From Promethearchaeota archaeon (GTDB lineage Archaea; Asgardarchaeota; Lokiarchaeia; Sigyniarchaeales; SOKP01), in contig JAHLWS010000056.1 of assembly GCA_019057795.1 (NCBI GenBank), forward strand, positions 1-64,000: 64,000 bases of DNA. Direction: 5' to 3'. A model generated the notes under the pieces. It ran no database searches and was not told where the DNA came from. It saw only the letters and a program-made list of their open reading frames with translations. Shown piece by piece: positions 9,934-20,183 of this stretch. Position 1 is the stretch's first letter. Each line of letters begins with the position of its first letter. Made by a program: the position numbers and the translations under genes.

Positions 9934-9950
9934 GAAAAAAGTTAATAAAT
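9934..9950 (+). promoter_or_regulatory. Putative BRE-TATA element upstream of the mutase operon
   Basis: GAAAAAAGTTAATAAAT about 85 nt before the ATG; resembles the motif in the 47-bp repeat. Confidence 0.35.
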
Positions 9951-10032
9951 TTGGATACTTATCAAAAAGTAGGAAGAATTATGTTAATAATTATATAATC
10001 GTATTTTAATTTTTAAATGAAAGGAAAGTATT

Positions 10033-11667
10033 ATGACAGAAATTGATGAGAGTAAGACTTTGAAACCGACTAAAAGCGAAAGGCGAGAAAAGTTTACTAA
10101 TTTGTCTGATATTGAAATTAAACCATCCTATACGCCCGAAGACATCAAAGAGTTCAATTACGATATGGACTTAGGAGAACCAGGAAAGTACCCGTTTACT
10201 CGTGGTGCTTATCCTAACATGTATCGGGGTCGCTTGTGGACAATGAGGCAATTTGCGGGATTTGGTAGTGCTGAACAAACAAACAAACGCTATAAATTCT
10301 TATTAGAACATGGGACGACCGGTTTGAGCGTGGCATTTAGTTTGCATACCATTTATGGATATGAAGCTGACGATGATAAAGCTTTGGGCGAGGTAGGGAA
10401 GGAAGGCGTGTCGATTGACACTTTAAAAGATATGGAAACTTTGTTTAGTGGAATCGATTTGTCTAAAATATCTACATCCATGACAATTAACGCTCCTGCG
10501 TCAATATTATTAGCAATGTACATAGTAACTGCTGAAAAACAAGGCCATTCTCCCGATAAATTAAGAGGAACAATTCAGAACGATATTCTTAAGGAATATA
10601 TAGCCCAGAAATCTTGGATATTTCCACCAGAACCGTCTATGCGCTTGATCGTTGATACAATTGAATATTGCGCCAAAAATGTCCCCCAATGGTATACTAT
10701 CTCGATATCAGGATATCACATACGAGAAGCTGGCTCTACCGCAGTCCAAGAGCTCGCTTTTACTTTAGCCGATGGTTTTGCTTATATCGAGGCAGCGATG
10801 AAAAGAGGTTTAGATGTTGATGATTTTGCTCCTAGACTTTCTTTTTTCTTTAATTCTCATAATAATTTCTTTGAAGAAGTGTGTAAATATCGCGCTGCTC
10901 GAAGGATATGGGCAAAACGATTGAAAAATAAATATGGTGCAAAAAAAACAGAATCAATGAGGTTGCGCTTTCACACCCAAACTGCGGGAGTATCGTTAAG
11001 CGCTCAAGAACCAGAAAACAATATTGCTAGAGTTACGATACAGGGCTTAGCAGCTGTTTTAGGAGGAACTCAGTCTCTTCATACAAACTCCTTTGACGAG
11101 GCTTTGTGCTTACCAACTGAAAAAGCAGTAAAAATAGCTTTACGAACGCAACAGATAATTGCCCATGAATCGGGTGTTGCCGATACCGTTGACCCATTAG
11201 CGGGCTCGTACTATGTTGAATGGCTAACAAATAAAATGGAGGAGGAAGCTGAAGCTTACTTTGAAAAAATTGAGGAATTGGGTGGGGTGATTCCAGCAAT
11301 TAAAGCTAATTTCTTTCAAAAAGAGATTGCTAACGCTTCATACAAATATCAACGAGAAATTGAAAGCAAAGATCGAATATTTGTTGGCGTGAACGATTAC
11401 CAACTAAGAGAACCTTGTGCGACCCCTTTGTTAAAAATAGATGAAGGAGTTGCTAAAGAGCAAATAGAAAATTTACAACTTTTAAGAAATAGAAGGAACA
11501 ATGAAAAAGTTCAGGAAATACTGAAAAAGTTGGAGGAAGCTGCGAGAGGTTCTGAGAATTTAATGCCATATATCGTCGATGCTGTAAGAGAATACGCTTC
11601 GATAGGCGAGATCATGGCATCTCTTAAAGAAGTATTTGGAACCTATGTAGAAGATTCAATATTTTAA
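10033..11667 (+). CDS. icmA: Methylmalonyl-CoA mutase family, substrate-binding subunit (isobutyryl-CoA mutase-like)
   Basis: [45 protein letters not shown]. Confidence 0.9.
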   Translation: MTEIDESKTLKPTKSERREKFTNLSDIEIKPSYTPEDIKEFNYDMDLGEPGKYPFTRGAYPNMYRGRLWTMRQFAGFGSAEQTNKRYKFLLEHGTTGLSVAFSLHTIYGYEADDDKALGEVGKEGVSIDTLKDMETLFSGIDLSKISTSMTINAPASILLAMYIVTAEKQGHSPDKLRGTIQNDILKEYIAQKSWIFPPEPSMRLIVDTIEYCAKNVPQWYTISISGYHIREAGSTAVQELAFTLADGFAYIEAAMKRGLDVDDFAPRLSFFFNSHNNFFEEVCKYRAARRIWAKRLKNKYGAKKTESMRLRFHTQTAGVSLSAQEPENNIARVTIQGLAAVLGGTQSLHTNSFDEALCLPTEKAVKIALRTQQIIAHESGVADTVDPLAGSYYVEWLTNKMEEEAEAYFEKIEELGGVIPAIKANFFQKEIANASYKYQREIESKDRIFVGVNDYQLREPCATPLLKIDEGVAKEQIENLQLLRNRRNNEKVQEILKKLEEAARGSENLMPYIVDAVREYASIGEIMASLKEVFGTYVEDSIF

Positions 11668-11681
11668 ATGAGGTAAATAAT

Positions 11682-12083
11682 ATGGCAGAACAAAGAAAAA
11701 TTAAAGTTTTAGTTTGTAAACCAGGTCTTGACGGGCACGATAGGGGAGCTAAAGTTCTTGCCCGAGCTTTACGAGATGCAGGTATGGAGGTTATTTACAC
11801 TGGACTCCATCAGACGCCATCCGACATTGTTTCGACAATTATTCAAGAAGATCCAGATGCAGTTATGCTAAGCATGCTATCTGGAGCACATAATGCATTA
11901 TGTCCAATTATAATGGAAAAATTAAAAGAAAATGGAATTGATGATGTTCTTGTGGGTGTTGGGGGAATTATCCCAGATGAGGACAAAATTTTTCTCGAAA
12001 AACACGGGCTAAAAGGTTTTTATGGACCAGGTACAGAGTTAAAAACTATTGTTGAATTCGTTAAAAACAATTTGAAAAGATAG
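11682..12083 (+). CDS. icmB: Acyl-CoA mutase cobalamin-binding subunit
   Basis: KPGLDGHDRGAKV (DxHxxG), SMLSGAH, GGIIP. Confidence 0.92.
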   Translation: MAEQRKIKVLVCKPGLDGHDRGAKVLARALRDAGMEVIYTGLHQTPSDIVSTIIQEDPDAVMLSMLSGAHNALCPIIMEKLKENGIDDVLVGVGGIIPDEDKIFLEKHGLKGFYGPGTELKTIVEFVKNNLKR

Positions 12084-12089
12084 TGTACA

Positions 12090-13082
12090 ATGCCTTATTC
12101 TGATTTAATAGAAAAATTGCTAGAAGGAAATACCAGAGCAGCAGCACGTCTTATCACTTTAGTAGAAAATGATATTGAAGCCGCAGAAAAGATTGTTAAT
12201 GTGATATACAAGAATACGGGGAACGCGTATATTTTAGGCGTTACTGGGGCGCCAGGAAGCGGAAAATCTACTTTTATCTCAAATTTAACGAAGTTTTTTA
12301 TTAAGCAAGGCAAAAAAATTGGAATAATTTGCGTAGATCCGTCATCTCCTTTAACAGGAGGCGCTTTGTTAGGAGATAGAATCCGAATGAAAGAAAACTT
12401 TTCTCTAGATAATGTTTTTATTAGAAGCATGGCAAATAGAGGGCAACTAGGTGGATTAGCTAGAGCAACTGAAGATTCGATAAAGATCTTAGACGCTTAC
12501 GGATGTGATGTAGTTATTGTTGAAACCGTTGGAGTTGGGCAATCAGAAGTAGACATATTTAAATCAGCTCATACTGTTGTTGTACTCTTAGTTCCTGGTA
12601 TGGGGGACGATATCCAAGCTATTAAAGCTGGAATCATGGAAATCACAGATATTTTTGTTGTAAACAAGATGGATCTTTCTGGGGCTGACAAAAAAGTTGC
12701 TGAAATTACTCAGATGTTAGAATTAGACATGAGTTATAAGTATCAATCTAATAACATTGATGAAAATTACGCAAAAATAGTGAATTGGACCCCCAAAATT
12801 GTAAAAGTTAATTCGAAAACAAGCGAAAATTTTGAAAAAGTAATTGAGCTGATTGAAGAGCACAAAAAATTCTTAGAAGAATCAGGAATTGTAGAAAATT
12901 ATAAAGTAAATCGAATAAAAAGCGAAACACTTCAAATTCTAAAGCACAAAATCACAAAAAAAGTAGAAGGATTAGTTAGTTCCAACTCTGCTATTGACAA
13001 ATACATTAGATTAGTTATGGATAAAAGCCTTGATCCTTATTCTATGGCAAATTTAATTATTAAATTATTGGGAATAGAATAA
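12090..13082 (+). CDS. meaB: MeaB/ArgK mutase-associated GTPase
   Basis: GAPGSGKS, DPSS...GALLGDRIRM, ETVGVGQSE, NKMD. Confidence 0.95.
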   Translation: MPYSDLIEKLLEGNTRAAARLITLVENDIEAAEKIVNVIYKNTGNAYILGVTGAPGSGKSTFISNLTKFFIKQGKKIGIICVDPSSPLTGGALLGDRIRMKENFSLDNVFIRSMANRGQLGGLARATEDSIKILDAYGCDVVIVETVGVGQSEVDIFKSAHTVVVLLVPGMGDDIQAIKAGIMEITDIFVVNKMDLSGADKKVAEITQMLELDMSYKYQSNNIDENYAKIVNWTPKIVKVNSKTSENFEKVIELIEEHKKFLEESGIVENYKVNRIKSETLQILKHKITKKVEGLVSSNSAIDKYIRLVMDKSLDPYSMANLIIKLLGIE

Positions 13083-13147
13083 AAAGCAATTTTTTAAAAG
13101 GATGGAAAAGTAATAGATTTAATTTTATTCGTCCCTTAAAAGATATA

Positions 13148-13813
13148 TTGAATATTAAATGGATAGTCTTAAAAATGAAAAACATATCTCTTTCAAGTAA
13201 TACTATTTTAATCTACCGTATATTTCTTGCTGGACTAAGTTGGTTTACTTTTATAGCTAGCGCAGTTAATTATGCCCTAAATTTTGGCCCAATTCTCGAG
13301 TGGTTTAATAGCTTTAAAGCTTTCACCATGCAAACAAACCTAATGGTTACCATATGGCTTACATTAGCAATTCTATGGTATAACAAACCAGAAACTCTTG
13401 AAAAAATTTCAGGACCTCTCAAAGGCGCTTTTACCCTCTATATTACAATAACCTTTATTTTCTTTGCAGTTCTATTGGCCCCTTTTTACCAGCCCACTGG
13501 ATTTGCAGCATTTAGCAATCTCGTTTTGCACTATATTACCCCAATCGCATTTATAGTCGATTGGATATTAACAGAAACTAAATTGAGATATAAATGGAAC
13601 TACATACCCTATTGGATTATATATCCATTATGTTATTTAGTGTTTGCTTTCATACATGGCACATTTACAGGTAATTATTTATATTTTTTTCTAGATATCA
13701 ATGCACTCGGCATTTTAGGATATGTTTTATTCGTCTCAATTTTAATTACAGCAGGAATAGTTTTGGGATCCCTATATATTGCTATTAACAGAAAAAGAAC
13801 AAAAAGCTTATAA
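13148..13813 (+). CDS. Pr6Pr/FAR-17a-like integral membrane protein
   Basis: FTMQTN, LHYITP, YPLCY, YFFLD motifs; about six TM segments. The start may be the ATG at 13175. Confidence 0.75.
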   Translation: MNIKWIVLKMKNISLSSNTILIYRIFLAGLSWFTFIASAVNYALNFGPILEWFNSFKAFTMQTNLMVTIWLTLAILWYNKPETLEKISGPLKGAFTLYITITFIFFAVLLAPFYQPTGFAAFSNLVLHYITPIAFIVDWILTETKLRYKWNYIPYWIIYPLCYLVFAFIHGTFTGNYLYFFLDINALGILGYVLFVSILITAGIVLGSLYIAINRKRTKSL

Positions 13814-13935
13814 TTAAGTGAAAATAACGGTTTTTATTTAATTAGAAAGAGGATTTTTTTTTATATTTCTATTAAAAAACCTTATAAATTGTTCAATCTA
13901 TTGCACAAGAGTGCATTCGAATTAAGGAAGCTAAA

Positions 13936-14190
13936 TCACTTAGTCTTTTTTGGATCGAACCATTCAGAATAAATCTCTTCAACAACAAGAACTTTAATAC
14001 GATTGCATTTTTCACATTCTTCGTCGTCCAACTTTTTAAAGGTATAGTCTCCCGCTTTAAACTCTCGAGAATACTTAGCTTTGCATTCTCCACACTTTAA
14101 GACCGTTGTTTTCTTCTGTATAAAGCGATCTTTTCGACCGAGTATTTCTCCGATGTCAGGAAGGTCTGGAAATTGAGGTTCATCACTCAT
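13936..14190 (-). CDS. Small archaeal zinc-ribbon protein
   Basis: CGEC...REFKAGDY...CEKC. Confidence 0.75.
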   Translation of the reverse strand: MSDEPQFPDLPDIGEILGRKDRFIQKKTTVLKCGECKAKYSREFKAGDYTFKKLDDEECEKCNRIKVLVVEEIYSEWFDPKKTK

Positions 14191-14278
14191 ATTACAGCAC
14201 TAAACGAATTTGATATTTATAATTATAAATCATAAACAACTAATAACTTTTTAGGTTTACAATTTAAAGGTAAGAAGA

Positions 14279-15136
14279 TTATTTTTGTTTTATAAACGTA
14301 CCTTGAGAGTATTCTCTAAATGCTATTCTTAATTCTTCTTCAGTATTCATAACAATTGGACCTCTCCATGCCACAGGCTCTCCTATCGGTTTGCCGGATA
14401 TCAATAGAAATCTGACTGGTATTTCTTTAGTTTTCACGACTATTTCATCTCCGTCGCGATAAATTACTAAATTTTCAGCATTCACTAGAGTATCTTTAAT
14501 CGGATCAAAAATAGCCTCCCCCTCAATGATATACGCAAAAACATTATGAGTATTATCTATTGCGTGTTTAAATTCAGAATTGGGTTCTATAGAGACATCT
14601 AAATATTCTGGATCGGTTACTATATCTTGTACGGGTCCTTTGACACCATTTACTTCGCCACAAATTATTTTCACTCTCGCACTCTCATTTACGATAACTT
14701 CTGGAATCTGGTCTTTTTTAATATCTCGATAGCGTGGATCCATCATTTTATGAGATGCCGGAAGATTTGCCCACAACTGAAAGCCAGCTAAGACAGGATC
14801 GTTCTCATTTTTCTTCGGCATTTCTTGATGTATTATCCCGCCCCCAGCAGTCATCCACTGAACATCTCCTGCTCCAATTATACCATTATTTCCCATACTA
14901 TCTCCATGTTCTATATTGCCATTGAGCATATAAGTAATCGTTTCTATTCCCCGATGTGGGTGCCATGGAAACCCTGCCATATAATCATTAGGATTATCTG
15001 AGTGGAAATCATCTAAAAGTAAGAATGGATCTAAGGAAGAATCAGCATAACCAAACGCTCGTTTCAACCTAACCCCAGCTCCTTCCATTGTTGATCTACT
15101 TTTTAGAGTTACTTTTACTTCTCGAATTTTTGACAT
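14279..15136 (-). CDS. Pirin family protein
   Basis: DPFLLLD, FPWHPHRGIET, WMTAGGGIIHQE, GPIVMNT. Confidence 0.95.
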   Translation of the reverse strand: MSKIREVKVTLKSRSTMEGAGVRLKRAFGYADSSLDPFLLLDDFHSDNPNDYMAGFPWHPHRGIETITYMLNGNIEHGDSMGNNGIIGAGDVQWMTAGGGIIHQEMPKKNENDPVLAGFQLWANLPASHKMMDPRYRDIKKDQIPEVIVNESARVKIICGEVNGVKGPVQDIVTDPEYLDVSIEPNSEFKHAIDNTHNVFAYIIEGEAIFDPIKDTLVNAENLVIYRDGDEIVVKTKEIPVRFLLISGKPIGEPVAWRGPIVMNTEEELRIAFREYSQGTFIKQK

Positions 15137-15318
15137 TTCTTATCTCTTTTATTTAGTGTTTTTCTTGTTATTCTAAGTTTACATAACTAAACTCAAGTAA
15201 TAAAAAGTTTTTATTATAAATCATAATGCAGTCTATTCATTAACATTGAAATTATAAATTATTACATATAATAAATAAGAAAAGGTTTGAGAAGATAAGT
15301 TCTCAAGAATTCAAAATT

Positions 15319-16176
15319 TTACTGGTTCTTTTCTTCAGGTTCAACTGTTTCTTTATCTGCTTTCTCTGTTTCTTGTTGTTTTTCTTTTTCGTTTTCATTG
15401 CTAATAGTTTCACTCTCTTTATTGTCTTGAGTGATTTCTTGTTCTATTTCTGCCTTTACTTCTGGTTCAGGTTCTGGTTCCGGTTCAGGCGGGGGAGGAA
15501 CACGAGAAACAATAACTTTAGTATATCGTATCACTTCTTTATCCAACTTCCAACCGTCTTGAATGATATTAATAATAGTATTGTTGGGAAGATCGTCCCT
15601 TTCTATTGAACTTAAAGCTTCGTGGTAATTGTAATCAAAAATATCGTTTATCTTAACATCAATAGGTATCGCTTTATGATACTTCAAAATATTAATAAAT
15701 TGATCAAAAAAACCTTTTAAGATTACTTGGTTTTCGTCGCTATTTTCAAGTGCTTTCTTAAAGGAATCATATAAAGGTAGAAATGTTTTCAGAGCCGAGG
15801 CTGTGTATTCTATCCTTAAATTCTGTCGATTTTTGTTCCAACGTTTTTGAGCGTTCTCAAACTCTGCTTGAAGTCTCATGTATTTATTTTTCCAATCGTC
15901 GCTTTCGGTTTGATACTTTAAAAGTTGCTCATCTTTCTTTTTATTTCCTTCTTCAAGGGTCTTAATCTCCTCTAATAAATTATCCTTAGAGTAATACTCA
16001 AGAATTTTTTGTTCTTTGCCTTCTAAAAGCTTAATGTCTTGTACATCTATTTTAGCTTGTAAATCGTCTTGTTCTTTAATTGCATCTTCTTTACTACCAT
16101 CAGTAACAACTTCAGCCTTATCCTCTAGCAACGCTTCATTGCTTGGATTTTCTTTCTTTTCTTTTTTCCGAGTCAT
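15319..16176 (-). CDS. grpE: GrpE nucleotide exchange factor with acidic, PE-repeat C-terminal extension
   Basis: RLQAEFENAQKR, FDYNYHEA, IQDGWKLDKEVIR; tail PPPPEPEPEPEPE. Confidence 0.9.
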   Translation of the reverse strand: MTRKKEKKENPSNEALLEDKAEVVTDGSKEDAIKEQDDLQAKIDVQDIKLLEGKEQKILEYYSKDNLLEEIKTLEEGNKKKDEQLLKYQTESDDWKNKYMRLQAEFENAQKRWNKNRQNLRIEYTASALKTFLPLYDSFKKALENSDENQVILKGFFDQFINILKYHKAIPIDVKINDIFDYNYHEALSSIERDDLPNNTIINIIQDGWKLDKEVIRYTKVIVSRVPPPPEPEPEPEPEVKAEIEQEITQDNKESETISNENEKEKQQETEKADKETVEPEEKNQ

Positions 16177-16358
16177 AAGCGAAAACCACTATAAATTATA
16201 AATTTTTAATACTATTGATTTTTACAAGAATACTTTAATTCTATATTTTAATATAAAATTTTATTATTTTTTTATTTTATGTTTATAAACGATCTCTATA
16301 GAACTTAAAACCGTAGAAGAGATCCTAGCAGAATTTAATAAATTAGGAGAATTAAATT

Positions 16359-17795
16359 ATGGATACAAGTGGAATTGATTTTTTTATTGATAAATACAAA
16401 AATGAAATAGATGATTTAAAAACAAAAATATCCCGTGTAGAAGACTCCGAAAATGAGTTTAAACTTCTTCAAAAGATTGCTGAATCGTATTACATTTTAT
16501 CAGAACAGTATAAACTCAGAAGAAATGTGACAAAACTTCTAAATGATTATAATGAAATGATGGAAGCTAAAAGACAATCGTTTATATCTATTGAGAAGAG
16601 TCTTTCTATTCTACTAAAAAATTCTATAGATGTGTTAAATAATGCTCATTGGTTTATAAGAAATATAGGATTTGAATATGACTATTTAATTACTCATAAT
16701 GGTGATATACCAGGCGAAATTGAATTATATTATTCGTCATTTTCACCGTATCCTAATCGTGTACTAAATATCCTTGTTAATAATATATCAGAATATCAGA
16801 GAATTATTGGTTTTTTTATAAATGAAGCAGAACGAAGAGCAGATTATGATAATGTTTTTATCTACAGCGAAGTAATGGGGGATTTGTTTTTATTCAAGCA
16901 ATTACTTATTGAAGATTTAATAGATGTAAATGTGATGCGATACCTAGATAATGCATATTTTTCGTATTATTACTATGATAAAGCATTACAAAATAGGTAT
17001 AAAGTTGATGAAAGAGAAGTAGCAAAATTTGGATTAGTAGATACAGAAGGTCATAACTATCAAAATGTTATGTATTTAATTTTAGAACAACGAGGGTTTC
17101 CATTTTTTGTTCGTTCTATGTTAGAAGAAAAGATTAAAATTATGAATAAAATTTATCCGTTTACCATAAATAGAAAAGAATTCCCTCCATTTCGTTCCAA
17201 CACTCACGATAAATTATACTCTCTTATAAAAGATATGAATATTCCTAATTATGACGAACACGATAAAATTTTTATCAAATTATGTGAATGGTTATGTAAT
17301 ATGCTAAATATGGCATATGATAATAAGAAGTATTTTAGACAACCAGCTCAAGATTGGAATGCTGAAGAACAAATGCACACTTGGATGGAAAGAGAATTAA
17401 AGATCTTTGAAGTGTATACCAATCATAAATATCATAGAGAAGCAGAGTCAGGGGGAGGTAAGTGCGAACATTGGATTGATACAATACCTCTGGAAGATAA
17501 ATTGGTTTCTGATTATGAAAATGTTGAAAATATAAAGGATTTTATATCTTCTGTTTATGAGAAATATGTTGACCAAGTTATTCAGTATGCTGAGGGGAAA
17601 AAAAGTAAATATGGCTTTTTAATCGTTGCTGATGTAAGAGATGAGATAAAAAATCATTTAATTCGACGATCTCCGTGCCATAAGTGTATTGATATAAAAT
17701 ATGATAGTGAATATAAAATATGGATAGGTCTTTTTGTTTTTCAAGCCCTTAATGAACCACCATCTAAACTAAATCTTTTAAAAACTAAAAAATGA
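16359..17795 (+). CDS. Hypothetical protein with probable C-terminal PD-(D/E)XK nuclease-like domain
   Basis: E...REAESGGGKCEHWIDTIPLEDK...QVIQY pattern. Confidence 0.55.
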   Translation: MDTSGIDFFIDKYKNEIDDLKTKISRVEDSENEFKLLQKIAESYYILSEQYKLRRNVTKLLNDYNEMMEAKRQSFISIEKSLSILLKNSIDVLNNAHWFIRNIGFEYDYLITHNGDIPGEIELYYSSFSPYPNRVLNILVNNISEYQRIIGFFINEAERRADYDNVFIYSEVMGDLFLFKQLLIEDLIDVNVMRYLDNAYFSYYYYDKALQNRYKVDEREVAKFGLVDTEGHNYQNVMYLILEQRGFPFFVRSMLEEKIKIMNKIYPFTINRKEFPPFRSNTHDKLYSLIKDMNIPNYDEHDKIFIKLCEWLCNMLNMAYDNKKYFRQPAQDWNAEEQMHTWMERELKIFEVYTNHKYHREAESGGGKCEHWIDTIPLEDKLVSDYENVENIKDFISSVYEKYVDQVIQYAEGKKSKYGFLIVADVRDEIKNHLIRRSPCHKCIDIKYDSEYKIWIGLFVFQALNEPPSKLNLLKTKK

Positions 17796-17993
17796 GGTAA
17801 AGATATTAGGAAATTGATGAAATTAGGACGAATCGGTAAGAAAGAAATTTGATGAAAATAAGCAATCTTATTCTACATTAGAGTTTATAAAAGATTTAAT
17901 GGGGCATACCCTTCTATGTACGACAATTAGAATTCCCGCGCACTACTTAAATTTAAATAAGATTTTTTCTTTTTTTTATTAATATATGGTGTT

Positions 17994-18521
17994 TTGATTT
18001 TGAGGGTATTTGTATCAGATATTATCGCTAAAAAGGATAAACATGGTTTTGATTACTACTGGGTAGTTGGAAGGCTTCAGAGCGGTGTGGAAGTTATTAT
18101 CGATGATTATTACAACGATCTTAGGGAATATATAGGTCGCCACATTGACATGTTATTATCTTTTATGAGGTCTCCCTATTGCGAGCAAAAGAGGGGAATT
18201 CGTAGCCAAATTTTTTTAGCAGAGAAATATTATTCAGTGGAGCTTATTGACGAGTTGTTAAGCAAGGAGGGGGTCGTTTCAACCAGCAATAAGAGAGTTA
18301 TAAAATTGACCGGTAAATTTATTGATTCTTACACTATCCCTGAGAAATGGGCTCCCCTAACTCGGCGAAAATCATTTAAAGTTTTTTTCAAGGAGCCATC
18401 TGCTCTTAAAACTGAAGATGGGACATACCTTCTAACCCCCTTCCATTTGCGAAGGCGAGTTCCAATTGAGAAAATTCCTCAAGAAGTGACAATGGCGGGA
18501 GGTCTGGAATTAGAAGCTTGA
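17994..18521 (+). CDS. Hypothetical protein
   Basis: 175-aa ORF with a TTG start; no recognised motif. Confidence 0.55.
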   Translation: MILRVFVSDIIAKKDKHGFDYYWVVGRLQSGVEVIIDDYYNDLREYIGRHIDMLLSFMRSPYCEQKRGIRSQIFLAEKYYSVELIDELLSKEGVVSTSNKRVIKLTGKFIDSYTIPEKWAPLTRRKSFKVFFKEPSALKTEDGTYLLTPFHLRRRVPIEKIPQEVTMAGGLELEA

Positions 18522-18640
18522 ACTCCAAACGAACAAAGTTCTTTAATGGATAATTACAGAAATAGTACGAAAAAAAAGCAACCTTAAACAATTTGATTGA
18601 TTTATTTTTATAGATAATTTAATATTTTAGATAATAGCAC

Positions 18641-19423
18641 ATGGAATTCGTGAGTATTAAAGGCGTTGGAAAAAGATGTGTCAATCCTGAGAGATTGTCC
18701 CTTGATTTAAACGGGCTCGGAATAAAAAAAATTAAAGATATTAATGGACTTCAAGATCTTACTACGCTTCGTCGGCTTGAACTCCAGGGGAATAAGCTCA
18801 TTTCAATTGAGGGTCTTGAAAATCTTAAGGATCTTGAGGAATTATTCCTTAGCGGGAATAAGATTGTTAAGATTGAAAATCTAAATAAACTACCCCATTT
18901 AAAAAGATTAATTCTAAATAGTAATAATTTTTCTACAATTCATGGACTTGAAGGAATAACCAATTTAAGATGGCTAGGACTGAGTTTGAATAATATAGTC
19001 GATATTCAGGGACTTGACACACTATATAGCTTGCAGAGGTTGGATATTAGTATTAATCGAATTACTGAAATAAAGGGGCTTGATAATTTGGTTAACCTTC
19101 GTTTATTGAGCCTTCCTAGTAATAAGATAACTCACTTTCATGGACTGCAGAATTTAACTAACCTTGAATATTTAAATCTCAGTCGAAATCCCATCCAATC
19201 ACTTAAAGGAATTGAAGCTCTTATTAAGCTTGAGGAACTGTTTCTTGATGATACTAACTTAACTTCTGTTGTGAACGAACTCGACAGATTACCGAATTTG
19301 AAATTTCTTGCAATTAAAGGAAGGCTTGGACATATCCCATTTGAAGAGATGAGGTACTTGATTGAAGAAAAGGGAATAGATATTCTTCCTTATGGGATCC
19401 CACCCTATGAATTAAAAAGATAG
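18641..19423 (+). CDS. Leucine-rich repeat protein (SDS22-like)
   Basis: Repeated 22-aa LxxLxLxxNxIxxIxGLxxL units. Confidence 0.92.
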   Translation: MEFVSIKGVGKRCVNPERLSLDLNGLGIKKIKDINGLQDLTTLRRLELQGNKLISIEGLENLKDLEELFLSGNKIVKIENLNKLPHLKRLILNSNNFSTIHGLEGITNLRWLGLSLNNIVDIQGLDTLYSLQRLDISINRITEIKGLDNLVNLRLLSLPSNKITHFHGLQNLTNLEYLNLSRNPIQSLKGIEALIKLEELFLDDTNLTSVVNELDRLPNLKFLAIKGRLGHIPFEEMRYLIEEKGIDILPYGIPPYELKR

Positions 19424-19525
19424 ATTTTTTTAGATAATTCAAAAAAACATTATGGCAAAATTTTAATCTTTTGTTGAATTAAGATTAAATTAACCCCATT
19501 TTAACTAACTTTACTGAGGGGCGTA

Positions 19526-20137
19526 GTGCAAAGAAGGATTTCTGAGATTTGGGGTTCATTTTATCAAGCTCAAGAAGAACTTTTTTCACCCGTTATGAAA
19601 CGTCTTTTCTTTTTCATGTATGATGGAAATGATATTTACAATGCTTTCAAATTAAGTAGCGTAGCAAATAGTTATTTCTCAGCATGGATTTTAGGTAAGG
19701 TTACTCTTGATTTTTCTGAGGGATATAAAAAACTTTCAGATCAAAAAAAGTTAGCTCATTTAAAAACATTTGCGGAGAGATGTTTTTTCGGTGTACCCGT
19801 GAGTCAGTGGAATGAGTGGGCAATAAGAGGTATGTCTGAGACCGACTTTAAAGCATTAGGGTTTACAAAACATGTTCACCAGACCGTCAGAGAACTTCTG
19901 TTTGAAGGCAAGTATGCCGAGATACAAATTAAATTACGTAAAGTGCGCACATTAGAACGTCTTACGAAAGGTTGGTCCTTTGAAAGAATTTATATGGAAG
20001 ATTTTCAAAGGGCATATAACTTTGATAGACAAAGCGGGTTCAGGCTTAGGGAATTTTTCTCAAAACTTTTTCCAGGTTTAAATTTCGAAGAAATTATATA
20101 TCTTGCATATATGCAAGATAAATATAAAGTTTTTTAA
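19526..20137 (+). CDS. Hypothetical protein (possibly a fragment)
   Basis: 203-aa ORF with a GTG start; no motif recognised. Confidence 0.5.
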   Translation: MQRRISEIWGSFYQAQEELFSPVMKRLFFFMYDGNDIYNAFKLSSVANSYFSAWILGKVTLDFSEGYKKLSDQKKLAHLKTFAERCFFGVPVSQWNEWAIRGMSETDFKALGFTKHVHQTVRELLFEGKYAEIQIKLRKVRTLERLTKGWSFERIYMEDFQRAYNFDRQSGFRLREFFSKLFPGLNFEEIIYLAYMQDKYKVF

Positions 20138-20183
20138 ATTGAATTAGTTAAATTTAAATTCTATTTTTTTTATTTTTTTATAG

